Shown: positions 52,922-64,000 of the stretch, in pieces
How the letters are laid out: each line of letters begins with the position of its first letter
How positions within the stretch are numbered: position 1 is the first letter of the stretch
Notes under the pieces: model-generated
The model's database searches: none
What the model was told of the DNA's origin: nothing
Seen by the model: only the letters and a program-made list of their open reading frames with translations
Translations under genes and position numbers: made by a program
Assembly: GCA_963743855.1 (NCBI GenBank)
Contig: CAVURK010000006.1
Span: 106,382 to 170,381, forward strand
DNA from: an uncultured Chloroflexia bacterium
GTDB taxonomy: Bacteria; Chloroflexota; Limnocylindria; Limnocylindrales; CSP1-4
Length of the DNA: 64,000 bases
Reading direction: 5' to 3'

Positions 52922-54672
52922 ATGCAGAAACGTCTCTTTGGCATCGTAGCCAGCATCGCCGTCATCGCGGCGGCATGCGGCGGTGCCACAACCTCGTCGC
53001 CGCCGGCGGCGACCGCAGGTGGCGCTTCGAGCGCTCCGGCGGCCTCCGCCTCGGCCGGCGAATTCGGGCGCGCCGAGCGCAGCGGCCCCGTCGGGCGCGA
53101 CGGGCCCGGTCGATCCCGCCGGGATCCTTCACGTGTCCCTGGGCTCTGAAGACCCGGACACGCTCGACCCGTCGAAGGCGTCGACCAGCACGGACATCTC
53201 CGTGCTCCACGCACTCGGCCGCGGTCTCCTGTATCTCGACAAGGACCTCAACGTCGTGCCGGCGCTGGCGACAGCCATGCCGACCGTCTCGGCGGATGGG
53301 ATGACCTACACGTTCACGCTCCGAGACGCGAAGTACAGCAACGGCGACCCGATCGTCGCTGGTGACATCGTCTACGCCTGGCAGCGGCTCATCGATCCGC
53401 GCCTTGCGACGTACTACCAGCAGTTCCTCGAGCCGGTCAAGGGCGCTGCCGACATCCTCAAGCTGAACGGCACCAAGGCGAGCGACGCGACGATCGACGC
53501 CGCCCTCGCAGAAGCTCGGCGTCTCGGCCCCGGACGACAAGACGTTCGTCCTGCAACTGGCCCACCCGAGCTCCTACATCCTCGACATCGTCGCTCTGTG
53601 GGGCACCGCGCCCATGCAGAAGAAGTGGATCACCAGCCCGAACGCGACCGAGGCTGCCAACTTCGTCAGCTCCGGCCCGTTCATGATGAAGAGCTGGACC
53701 CACCAGGCTGAGATCACGCTCGTCCCGAACCCGAACTGGTACGGGACCAAGCCGCAGCTCAGCGAGATCGACATGAAGATCGGTGGCGATCCGGCCGCTG
53801 ATCAGGCCACCTTCGAGGCCGGCCAGCTCGACGACCTGGCGGCCAGCCCGCCTGACGTCCCGCGGATCAAGGCCGACCCGACCCTCGGGCCACAGGTCAC
53901 GACCACCCCGGTCCTCGTCTTCGACTACTGGGGCTTCAACGCCAAGACCGGCCCGACCACGAACGTGCACTTCCGCCGTGCGCTGTCGATGGCCATCGAC
54001 AAGGACACCATGATGCAGACCGTCTACGGCGGTCAGGGACTTGTCGCCGGCAGCCCGATCCCGCCCGGCATGCCGGGCCACCAGGGCGACATCGGCCTCA
54101 AGTACGACGTTGCCGGAGCCAAGACCGAGCTCGCGCAGGCTCTCACCGAGCTGGGCGTTGCTGACGTCACGAAGCTCCCGCCGCTGTCGTTCGGCTTCAA
54201 CACCAACGCCGGCCACGAGCTGCCTGCCGCGTTCATGCAGGACCAGTGGCGCCGGAACCTCGGTGTCCAGACCACCCTCGTCGGCGAGACCTTCGACCAG
54301 TTCGTTCCCGACCGGCTTGCCGGCAAGTTCACGATCACTCGTGACGCATGGGGCTCGGACTATCCGCATCCGGACGACTTCCTGCGGGCGCTGTTCGGCA
54401 CCGGATCGAACAACAACGACGAGAGCTACTCGAACCCCGCGTTCGATGCGCTGATCGCCCAGGCCGGCGCCGAGACCGACGTCGCCAAGTCCATCGCTCT
54501 CTACAACCAGGCGCAGTCGCTCCTCGTCGAGGACGCCCCCGCCGTCTTCACCCGCTGGCGCGTCGCCAACTACGAGATCGCTCCGTACGTGACCGGCATC
54601 ACCGGCACCGTGCAGGACTCGGTCTTCTATGGCGACACGTTCCCGGAGACCATCGCCATCGTGCAGCACTAG
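52922..54672 (+). CDS. ABC transporter substrate-binding lipoprotein, family 5 (peptide/nickel, Opp/Dpp-like); 2 frameshifts
   Basis: Signal peptide plus lipobox MQKRLFGIVASIAVIAAACGG; ...YTFTLRDAKYSNGDPIVAGDIVYAWQRL...; C-part ORF 53614..54672 ...FNAKTGPTTNVHFRRALSMAIDKDTM... Confidence 0.8.
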
Positions 54673-54701
54673 ACGAGGGCCGCACAGGCTTTCGTCTGAA
54701 G

Positions 54702-54728
54702 CTGGGGGCCGGCCCGTCCGGCCCCCAG
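54702..54728 (+). other. GC-rich intercistronic stem-loop after the SBP gene (CTGGGGGCCGG-CCCGT-CCGGCCCCCAG)
   Basis: 11-bp perfect inverted repeat with a 5-nt loop and no U-tract. Confidence 0.5.
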
Positions 54729-54816
54729 GCAGCCCGGGCCCAGGACGCCTCGCGATCCGGGGCCCGGGATCATCCGTACCTTCGTATCGGCGTCAGCAAC
54801 AGGCAAGGGGATCGAG

Positions 54817-55736
54817 ATGATCGGGTATATCGCACGACGGTTCCTCTGGATCATCCCCGTCCTTTTCGTCGTCTCGCTGATCACCTTCACGCTCATGCAC
54901 GCCGTCCCCGGCGGACCGTGGGCGCGTGACAAGGCGCTCGCGCCCAGCCTGGTCGCGACCCTGAACCAGAAATACGGGCTCGACCAGCCCGTCTACCAGC
55001 AGTACGCGACCTGGGTGACCAACCTTCTCCAGGGCAACCTCGGTCCCTCCTACAAGTTCACGGACCGCAGTGTCAACGACATCGTCGGCGGCGGCATCTG
55101 GACGACCGTCCAGCTCGGCCTGATGGCCTTCGCGTTGTCCGTCCTGGTCGGTATCCCGCTCGGGGTGATCGCCGCGTTAGGTCACAATCGGTGGCCCGAC
55201 TACCTGTCGACCGGGATCTCGGTCATCGGCATCTCCATGCCCAGCTTCGTCCTGGCGCTGCTGTTGATCGTGTTCTTCGGGGTGACCCTCAAGGCCTTAC
55301 CAACCCAAGGTTGGAAGGGTCCTGACACGTGGATCCTGCCGACGATCGCGCTGGCCGCTTTCCCGATCGCCGTGATCGCGCGCTACACACGCGCGTCGAT
55401 GCTCGAGGTGACCCGCAAGGACTACATCCGGACGGCCCAGAGCAAGGGCGTCGCCGAGCGCGCGGTCGTGACCCGACACATGATCCGCAACGCCCTGATC
55501 CCGGTCGTGACGATCCTCGGGCCGACGCTCGCGTTCCTCGTCACCGGATCGTTCATCATCGAGTACATCTTCGGCATCCCCGGGCATCGGACGCTATTAC
55601 GTCACCTCGATCGGCCAGCACGACTACGGTGTGTTGATGGCGATGACGATCCTGTATGCCTTCGTGGTGGCCTTCCTCAATCTCGCGGTCGATGTCGCCT
55701 ATGCGTTCATCGACCCGCGGATCCGGTACAGCTAGG
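54817..55736 (+). CDS. ABC transporter permease (DppB/OppB-like); one frameshift near 55580
   Basis: MIGYIARRFLWIIPVLFVVSLITFTLMHAVPGGP...; EAA-like loop ...ARYTRASMLEVTRKDYIRTAQSKGVAER...; C-terminus ...AFIDPRIRYS. Confidence 0.8.
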
Positions 55737-55747
55737 AGTCGCGAACG

Positions 55748-56689
55748 ATGGCCACCGAAACCCTTCGTGGAGGCGTCGCCCGGCCGGCAAAGGCGCCGGC
55801 AGGCCTGTGGAGCGACGCGTTCGCGCGGCTTCGCAAGAACAAGCTGTCGATGATCGGGCTGATCATGGTGATCTTCCTGCTGTTCATCGCGATCGTCGGT
55901 CCGTTCATCACGCCCTACAACTACCAGGACCAGGACCTCGTGGCGGTCGTCGCCAACAACGGCCAACCGCTGCCGCCCATGACCGGCGGCCACATCCTGG
56001 GCACGGACCAGATCGGGCGCGACCTGCTCAGCCGCCTGATGGACGGAGCCCGGATCAGCATGACCGTGGCGCTCGTCGTCCAGATGGTCGTGCTCCTGAT
56101 CGGCGTGCCGATCGGCGCGATCGCCGGCTGGATGGGCGGCCGGACGGACAACCTGCTGATGCGCTTCACGGACGTCATGTACGCCTTCCCGGACCTCCTG
56201 TTCATCATCCTGTTGACCGTCGCGTTCAAGCAGACGCCGTTCGGCCAAGCCATGGACGGGCTGTTGCTCGTGTTCGTGGCGATCGGTCTCACCAGCTGGG
56301 TGACCGTCGGTCGACTCGTCCGCGGCCAGATGCTCGCGCTCAAGGAGACGGAGTTCGTCGAGGCCGCGCGCGCGATCGGCGTCTCTGACCGCAAGATCGT
56401 GACCAAGCACCTGCTGCCGAATGGCATGGGTCCGGTCATCGTCGCCGTCACGCTCGGGATCCCGGCGGCGATCCTGGCCGAGGCGACGCTCGCCTACATC
56501 GGGATCGGCGTCCAGGCTCCGCGCGCATCGTGGGGCAGCCTCGTGGCGGATGGCCAGCAGGTCCTGCGCTCCAGCCCGTGGCTGGTTGTCTTCCCGGCCC
56601 TGTGCATCGCCACCGCGCTCATCAGCTTCACGTTCCTGGGCGACGGTCTCCGTGACGCCCTGGACCCGAAGCTCAAGGGGAAGCAATAG
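55748..56689 (+). CDS. ABC transporter permease (DppC/OppC-like), intact
   Basis: ...LKETEFVEAARAIGVSDRKIVTKHLLPNGMGPVIV..., 313 aa. Confidence 0.85.
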   Translation: MATETLRGGVARPAKAPAGLWSDAFARLRKNKLSMIGLIMVIFLLFIAIVGPFITPYNYQDQDLVAVVANNGQPLPPMTGGHILGTDQIGRDLLSRLMDGARISMTVALVVQMVVLLIGVPIGAIAGWMGGRTDNLLMRFTDVMYAFPDLLFIILLTVAFKQTPFGQAMDGLLLVFVAIGLTSWVTVGRLVRGQMLALKETEFVEAARAIGVSDRKIVTKHLLPNGMGPVIVAVTLGIPAAILAEATLAYIGIGVQAPRASWGSLVADGQQVLRSSPWLVVFPALCIATALISFTFLGDGLRDALDPKLKGKQ

Positions 56690-57796
56690 GTGGTCAGCGC
56701 CGAGGAGGATATGTCCGCCGCCGACGCCCCGACCATCGTCGAACTTTCCGCTGAGGACGTCCTCCGCGCACGGACGGAGGCAGTCGCCAAGGCAGGAGTC
56801 GGCCGCAAGGCCGACCACCTGCTCGAGGTTCGCGGCCTGTCGACGCATTTCTTCACGCCGGACGGCGTCGTCCAGGCGGTCGATGACGTCAGCTTCGACG
56901 TCGGCTACGGCGAGACGCTCGGCCTGGTCGGCGAATCCGGCTGCGGCAAGAGCGTGACCGCGCTGTCGATCGCCCGGCTCGTCCCGGATCCACCGGGCAA
57001 GATCGTCGGCCGGGTCGATCCTGTTCGACGGCATCGACGTCCTGAAGCTGAACCCCGAGGACATGCGCAAGCTGCGCGGCAAGGAGATCGGGTTCATCTT
57101 CCAGGACCCGCTGACGAGCCTCAATCCGACGCTCACGATCGGCTACCAGATCGGTGAGGCGATCCGCCAGCACATGGGCCTGTCGGACAAGGCGACCGTC
57201 GACCGGACCATCGAGCTGCTGTCCAAGGTCGGCATCCCGCGGGCCAAGGATCGGCTCAAGGACTATCCGTTCCAGTTCTCGGGCGGGATGCGCCAGCGCG
57301 TGATGATCGCCATCGCCCTGTCGTGCGACCCGAAGCTGATCCTGGCCGACGAGCCGACGACCGCGCTCGACGTGACGATCCAGGCCCAGATCCTCGAGCT
57401 GATCCAGAAGCTGTCGAGCGAGTTCGGGACGGCCGTCCTGATGATCACCCATGACCTCGGCATCGCCGCCGGCATGTGCGATCGGGTCAACGTCATGTAC
57501 GCCGGGCGCATCGTGGAGACCGGGACCGTCGACGAACTCTTCGAGGAGCCGCGGATGCCGTATTCCTGGGGTCTGCTCGATTCGCTGCCGCGGATCGACG
57601 ACGTCCGCGGCGACCGGCTGCGGACGATCGAGGGTCTGCCGCCAGTGCTGATCCGACCCCCGGACGCGTGCCGCTTCAACCCACGCTGCGTCTACGCCCG
57701 CGACATCTGCCGTGCCGACGAGCCCGAGCTGACCGCCCGCGGCACCACCGGCCACCTGGCCCGCTGCTGGGCGACCGAGCCCGAAGGCTGGATCGG

Positions 57797-57800
<4 letters not shown>
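56690..57800 (+). CDS. ABC transporter ATP-binding protein (DppD/OppD-like); one frameshift near 57010
   Basis: ...[16 protein letters not shown]... (Walker A); C-part ...[19 protein letters not shown]...[13 protein letters not shown]... (signature + Walker B)...CRFNPRC... Confidence 0.85.
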
Positions 57801-59106
<1,306 letters not shown>

Positions 59107-59110
<4 letters not shown>

Positions 59111-60198
59111 CGTTCGCGCGACTCTCGGAGTTCCGCTGCTAGGTCCTGCCCGACCGCCAGGCGCTGCCGGCTCGTCGACCCTGCCGCCGCCGGCTGACGG
59201 AAGTGGCAGGCGCACAGGTGGTCGTCGCCGATGTCGATGAGCGGCGGGATGGCCTCGGCACAGATCGCCGGGTTGCCCAGCTGCTCGCGCAACGGGCAGC
59301 GCGGATGGAAGCGGCAGCCGGTCGGCGGGTTGACCGGGCTCGGCACGTCGCCCTTGAGGATGACCCGCGTCCGGCGGATGGTCGGGTCGGGGACCGGGAT
59401 CGCCGACATGAGGGCGGTCGTGTACGGGTGTTCCGGCGTCCTTGAACAGGGCGCGCCGATCGGCCAGCTCGGCCACCCGGCCGAGGTACATGACCGCCAC
59501 CCGATCGCTGATGTGCTCGACGACGCCCATGTTGTGGGCCACGAACAGGTAGGTCAGCCCGAGCTCCTGCTGGAGCTGCTTGAGCAGGTTGAGCACCTGG
59601 GCCTGGATCGACACGTCGAGGGCCGAGACCGGCTCGTCGCAGACGACCAGGTCGGGCTCCAGGACGAGCGCCCGGGCGATGCCGATGCGCTGGCGCTGGC
59701 CGCCGGAGAACTCGTGCGGGTAGCGACTGGCGTGCCACGGCGCCAGCCCGACGAGGTCCATCATCCGCCGGACCTTCTCCGCACGCTCCGCGGACGTCCC
59801 GATCCCGTGGACCCGGAGGCCCTCGCCGATGCTGTCGGCGATCGGCGTCCGCGGGTCGAGGCTCGAGTAGGGGTCCTGGAAGATCACCTGCATCCGGCGC
59901 CGGTAGGGCTTGAGGGCCGAGCCCTTGAGGGCCGTGAGCTCCGTCCCGTCGAACCGGATCGAGCCCGCCGTCGGTTCGATCAGGCGCAGCAGCAGCCGTC
60001 CGACGGTCGTCTTGCCACAGCCCGACTCGCCGACGAGGCCAAGGGTCTCGCCCTTGCGGATGTCGAGATCGACCCCGTCGACCGCCTGGACCATCCCGAT
60101 CGTCCGCTGGAGGACGCCGCCCCGGATCGGGAAGTGCTTGACCAGGCCGCGGATCTGGACGAGTGGCTCGGCCTCTGCGCCGACGGCGATCCGGCCAT
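59107..60198 (-). CDS. ABC transporter ATP-binding protein (OppF/DppF-like) of the second, convergent transporter; frameshifted
   Basis: ...[16 protein letters not shown]...[19 protein letters not shown]..., ...[19 protein letters not shown]...[15 protein letters not shown]..., C-terminus ...[40 protein letters not shown]...; its stop (rev-comp of CTA at 59107-59109) overlaps the stop of the plus-strand ATPase in the tetramer CTAG. Confidence 0.75.
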
Positions 60199-60263
60199 AG
60201 GGACCGGCGCCACGCCGCCCGCCCGGCTCGGGTCGGACGGCTCCGGATCGCGTGGCATGGCGG

Positions 60264-61388
60264 TCACGTCGCGACCTCCGGCCGGGCGATCGGCCGGCCG
60301 TCCTGATCGTGGTAGAGCCAGCACCGGACGTCGTGGCCCGCGCGACCGACAGCAGCTCCGGGATGGGCCTCGGTCGCCAGGGTCACGTCCTGCTCGATCC
60401 GGGTCAGGCAGCGCGGGGCGAATCGGCAGCCGACCGGCAGGTTGACGAGGCTCGGGACGTTGCCGGGGATGACCGCCAGCGTGTCCTTGACGTCGCCGAC
60501 GAGCGGGATCGAGGCGATCAGCCCGCGGGTGTAGGGGTGCAGCGGCTTGGCGAACAGCGTCCCGACATCGGTCTGCTCGACGATCTCGCCGGCGTACATG
60601 ACCGCCACCCGGTCGCACATCTCGGCGACCACGCCGAGGTCGTGGGTGATCAGGATGATCGATGTCCCGAACTCGTCGCGGAGCGTCGCGCATCAGGTCG
60701 AGGATCTGGGCCTGGATGGTGACGTCGAGGGCTGTCGTCGGCTCGTCGGCGATGAGCAGGTCCGGCTCGCAGGCGAGCGCCATCGCGATCATCACCCGCT
60801 GGGCCATGCCGCCCGACAGCTCGTGCGGGAACGACTTCGAGTCGCCGTTCCGGGTCCGGGATGCCGACCATCCGGAGGAGCTCGAGGGCCCGGCCGTGCG
60901 CGGCGTCGCCGCTCATCTTGCGATGCAGCTCGAGAACCTCGCTGATCTGCCAGTCGACGTCCCGCACCGGGTTCAGCGACGAGGTCGGCTGCTGGAAGAT
61001 CATCGAGATCCGGTCGCCCCGGATCTTGCGCATCTCGTCGCTCGAGAGGCTCATCAGGTCCGTGCCGTCGAACAGGATCTCGCCGGCGTCGATCGTGCCC
61101 GGCGACGGCGACCAGGCGCAGGATCGACAGGCTGGTGACGCTCTTGCCGCAGCCGGATTCGCCGACGAGACCCATGATCTCGCCGCGTCCGACCGTGAAG
61201 TCGATGCCGTCGACGGCCTTGACGACGCCTTCGCGGGTCTTGAACGAGGTCCGCAGGCCCTTGACCTCGAGGAGCGGCCTGCCGTCTCGCGGCCGCGGCG
61301 GCTTGCGTGCCGACGCCGGCACGAGCTCCTCGATCGTCGTCTCGTCGAGCGGCGCGCCGAGACGCTCGGGCACGTGGGCCCCGGTCAT
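60264..61388 (-). CDS. ABC transporter ATP-binding protein (OppD/DppD-like); frameshifted
   Basis: ...[54 protein letters not shown]...; middle ...[16 protein letters not shown]...; C-part ...[20 protein letters not shown]...GCRFAPRC... Confidence 0.75.
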
Positions 61389-62341
61389 CGATTGAGCCGT
61401 GGGTCGAGCGCGTCGCGCAGCCCGTCGCCGAGCAGGTTGAAGGCGAAGACGGTCAGGGTGAGGGCGATGCCCGGGAACAGGATCAGGTGCGGGGCCGTGA
61501 ACAGCTTGTCGCTGTTCTGGCCGATCATCGAGCCCCATTCGGCCATCGGTGGCTGGGCGCCCAGGCCGAGGAACGACAGGGCCGCCACGTCCAGGACGGC
61601 TCCGGCGATGCCGAGCGTCCCGGCCACGATCAACGGCGTGATGGAGTTCGGCAGGATCCGTCGGAACAGGATCCCCCGGGCGCCCTCGCCCAGTGCCCGC
61701 GACGCGGTGACGAAGTCGCCTTCCTTCGTCGACAGCACGGCGGCGCGCATGATCCGGGCGTAGATGGGGATGGCGACGATGACGATCGCCAGCTGGGCCG
61801 TCAGCAGGCCCTGACCGATGGCGGTGACGATCCCGATGGCCAGGAGCAGGGCGGGAAAGACCAGCAGGATGTCCATGATCCGCATCAGCAGGTTATCGGT
61901 CCAGCCGGCCGCGTAGCCGGCCACCAGGCCGATCAGCGCCCCGATCCCGATCGCGAATCCGACCGTGACGAAGCCGACGAAGAGCGACACCCGGGCGCCG
62001 TGCACGACCCGGCTGAAGACGTCGCGGACGTTCGGGTCGGTGCCCATCAGGAACTGGGGCTGGTCGGCCGGGCAACCGAGGACGTGGATGCACGGCGGGG
62101 ACGACTTCTTGGCCCCGTCGACGACCCCGATGAGGACCTGGTCGGGCGGGTACTGGGCGAGCTGGTCGGCGAACAGGGCGCACAGGCCCAGGAAGACCAG
62201 GATCGTCAGGCCGACGAGCGCGTTGCGCTGGTGGAGGATGTTCCGGCCGGTGCCGCGCCAGACGCCGATCTGGCGGACCTCCTGGTCGACCGCCTTGTCC
62301 AGCCCGGCGTGGAGGTTGCCCTGGAAGCTGGGTACGGTCAT
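61385..62341 (-). CDS. ABC transporter permease (OppC/DppC-like), intact
   Basis: 318 aa; EAA loop ...[36 protein letters not shown]... Confidence 0.85.
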   Translation of the reverse strand: MTVPSFQGNLHAGLDKAVDQEVRQIGVWRGTGRNILHQRNALVGLTILVFLGLCALFADQLAQYPPDQVLIGVVDGAKKSSPPCIHVLGCPADQPQFLMGTDPNVRDVFSRVVHGARVSLFVGFVTVGFAIGIGALIGLVAGYAAGWTDNLLMRIMDILLVFPALLLAIGIVTAIGQGLLTAQLAIVIVAIPIYARIMRAAVLSTKEGDFVTASRALGEGARGILFRRILPNSITPLIVAGTLGIAGAVLDVAALSFLGLGAQPPMAEWGSMIGQNSDKLFTAPHLILFPGIALTLTVFAFNLLGDGLRDALDPRLNR

Positions 62342-62351
62342 CGTCCGATCC

Positions 62352-63428
62352 TCATGCGAGCCGGATCCGCGGATCGAGCCAGGCGTACGAGATGTCGACG
62401 ATCAGGTTGGCGATCAGGTAGCCGACCGCGATGACCAGGACGAACCCCTGGACGACGGCGTAGTCGCGGCTCTGGATCCCCTCGGTGACCGCCCGGCCGA
62501 CGCCGGCCAGGCCGAAGACGGTCTCGGTCAGGACCGCGCCGGCGAGCAGGCTGCCGAGCTGGATGCCGATGATGGTGATGACCGGCAACATCGAGTTCGG
62601 GAGGCCGTGGCTCCGCACGACCGCCCGGTCGCTCAGGCCCTTCGCCTGGGCCGTGCGGATGTAGTCGAGGCCCATCACGTCGAGCAGGCTCGAGCGGGTG
62701 ATCCGGGCGATGATCGCGAGCGGGACGGTGGCCAGGACGAGGGCCGGCAGGATCATGTGCCGGAACGCGTCGAAGAAGATGTCCCAGCGCAGGGTCAGGA
62801 TCCCGTTGAGGGTGTAGATGTTCGAGACGAAGTCGACGATCCCGCGCGGCGGTCCGCTCAGGCCCTGGAGGCCCCAGGCGGTCGCCAGCGGCGTCGGATC
62901 GAGTCCCGGCGTGAGCCGGCCGCCCGACGGCAGGGCGAACGGGCTGCCCTTCAGCAGGATCGCGAAGATGAAGATCATGATCGGGCCGAGCACGAAGATC
63001 GGGATCGACACCCCGAGGTTGGCGCCGGCCATGGTCCCGACGTCGATGCTCGAGTTGCGCCGGCGCGCCGAGATGATCCCCAGCAGGACGCCGACCGGGA
63101 TCGCGATCAGGAGCGCGTAGAAGGCCAGCTCGATGGTCGTCGGCAGGCGCGAGATGAGCATGTCGGTGACCGGCTGCGATGCCTTGATCGAGGTCCCGAG
63201 GTCGCCCCGGAGCAGGGCGGCAAGGAAGTCGACGTACTGCACGGGGATCGGCCGGTCGAAGCCGTGGGCGTGGTCGTAGGCGGCGCACGCTGCCGGTGAG
63301 GTGTGCTCGCCGAGGATGGCGGCACATTGCGAGCCGGGCAGCAGGTGCCCCATCACGAAGACGAGCGTCACGACCCCGATCAGGACCGGGATCGTGAGCA
63401 GGATGCGGCGGAAGATGTACCGAGTCAT
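62352..63428 (-). CDS. ABC transporter permease (OppB/DppB-like), intact
   Basis: MTRYIFRRILLTIPVLIGVVTLVFVMGHLLPG...; EAA loop ...DYIRTAQAKGLSDRAVVRSHGLPNSMLPV... Confidence 0.85.
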   Translation of the reverse strand: MTRYIFRRILLTIPVLIGVVTLVFVMGHLLPGSQCAAILGEHTSPAACAAYDHAHGFDRPIPVQYVDFLAALLRGDLGTSIKASQPVTDMLISRLPTTIELAFYALLIAIPVGVLLGIISARRRNSSIDVGTMAGANLGVSIPIFVLGPIMIFIFAILLKGSPFALPSGGRLTPGLDPTPLATAWGLQGLSGPPRGIVDFVSNIYTLNGILTLRWDIFFDAFRHMILPALVLATVPLAIIARITRSSLLDVMGLDYIRTAQAKGLSDRAVVRSHGLPNSMLPVITIIGIQLGSLLAGAVLTETVFGLAGVGRAVTEGIQSRDYAVVQGFVLVIAVGYLIANLIVDISYAWLDPRIRLA

Positions 63429-63455
63429 CCGGTCCTTCGAGGTTCCGGGTGGTCA

Positions 63456-63486
63456 AAGGGGGCGTCGCGGGTCGCGACGCCCCCTT
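63456..63486 (-). other. Strong 14-bp GC-rich intercistronic stem-loop between the SBP and permease genes of the second transporter
   Basis: AAGGGGGCGTCGCG-GGT-CGCGACGCCCCCTT, perfect inverted repeat read from the sequence. Confidence 0.55.
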
Positions 63487-63509
63487 GGTTCACGATGCGG
63501 GGGTCAGGA

Positions 63510-64000
63510 TCACGACTTGGGCAGGAACCCGCCCCACAGGGCTCCCCAGTAGTCGAACGTGCCGCCGTTGCCGACGTGCAGCGGGTTGTTGGGGTCCCAC
63601 TGGACCGCGAGCGACGTGACGACGTCGTTGGCGTCCAGGGCTGACCCGTCCGCGAACTTCACGTTGTCCTGCAGCTTGCAGGTCCAGATCGTGCCGTCCG
63701 TGTTCGCCGATCGCAGCTGGTCGCCAGGCTCGGGACCGTCGTCGGTCCCGCCGATCTTGTACGCGTAGAGCGTGTCGTAGACCTGCTCGCAGTTGCGCAG
63801 CGAGTCGCCGTCACTCTCGTCGCCGCAGTACAGGCCGGAGGTCTCGGCGTTCTGGTCGAAGACGATCTGCGTGGCGGTCGCCGGGCTCGACGACCGAGAA
63901 GATGTCGACGCCCAGCGGCGAGGCCTGCGCACCGGTGACGTCCGCCTTGTACGCAGCCGCGGAGGCGGCGTGGTTGAGCGGGATCATCGGGACGTGCTGC
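63510..64000 (-). CDS. ABC transporter substrate-binding protein family 5 (C-terminal part; N-terminus beyond window end); one frameshift near 63890
   Basis: ...NVKFADGSALDANDVVTSLAVQWDPNNPLHVGNGGTFDYWGALWGGFLPKS* (ORF 63510..63932); upstream codons continue in another frame to the window edge. Confidence 0.7.

Overview
This is a 64 kb, roughly 72% GC chromosomal segment from a high-GC bacterium of Gram-positive type. FtsA and an Sbp (DUF1290) gene sit inside the dcw cluster, which is atypical for classical Actinobacteria, and that fits a deep-branching actinobacterial or Chloroflexi-like lineage.

Gene content in order:
- A PspC / DUF4097 (LiaG-like) envelope-stress-type module.
- plsC, a hypothetical gene and a UbiA-family prenyltransferase.
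- parB-parA.
- A methylmalonyl-pathway block: propionyl/acyl-CoA carboxylase beta (pccB), biotin carboxylase plus BCCP alpha (accA), a catalytic-domain-only methylmalonyl-CoA mutase, and methylmalonyl-CoA epimerase.
- A 2H-phosphoesterase, a methyltransferase and a DinB-like gene.
- A TCA block: sucD, sucC, a NAD-type isocitrate dehydrogenase, and an Sdh1-type succinate dehydrogenase (anchor, flavoprotein, Fe-S).
- RNase HI immediately followed by the RNase P RNA (rnpB).
- A small Cys4 protein and a LysM membrane protein with a Pro/Thr linker.
- A complete division/cell-wall cluster: mraZ-rsmH-ftsL-ftsI-murF-mraY-murD-ftsW-murG-murB-ddl-ftsQ-sbp-ftsA-yjbQ-ftsZ. There is no murE or murC.
- yggS, a DUF167 gene and tRNA-Val.
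- A K+ channel, aconitase (acnA), a DUF2520 oxidoreductase and a NUDIX hydrolase fused in-operon to gcvT-gcvH-gcvPA-gcvPB.
- Two convergent peptide/nickel-type ABC transporters (Opp/Dpp-like).

I found no transposases, integrases, CRISPR arrays, rRNA genes or recognisable defence or toxin loci.

The dominant anomaly is at least 35 frameshifts spread over most essential genes. Operon architecture is otherwise intact, several shifts fall in homopolymers, and I read them as consensus indel errors rather than genome decay.

The most interesting sequence-level signals:
- A 16-bp perfect palindrome, GTCTTTGCGCAAAGAC, present three times: at the 5' ends of pccB and accA, and once inside parB.
- An inverted pair of consensus DnaA boxes in the parA-pccB divergent region.
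- A textbook mraZ promoter with three phased AAGTGG MraZ boxes.
- A small Cys4 protein next to rnpB.

No clearly novel multi-gene system is evident. The candidates worth follow-up are the palindromic operator and regulon, and the unusual dcw composition.
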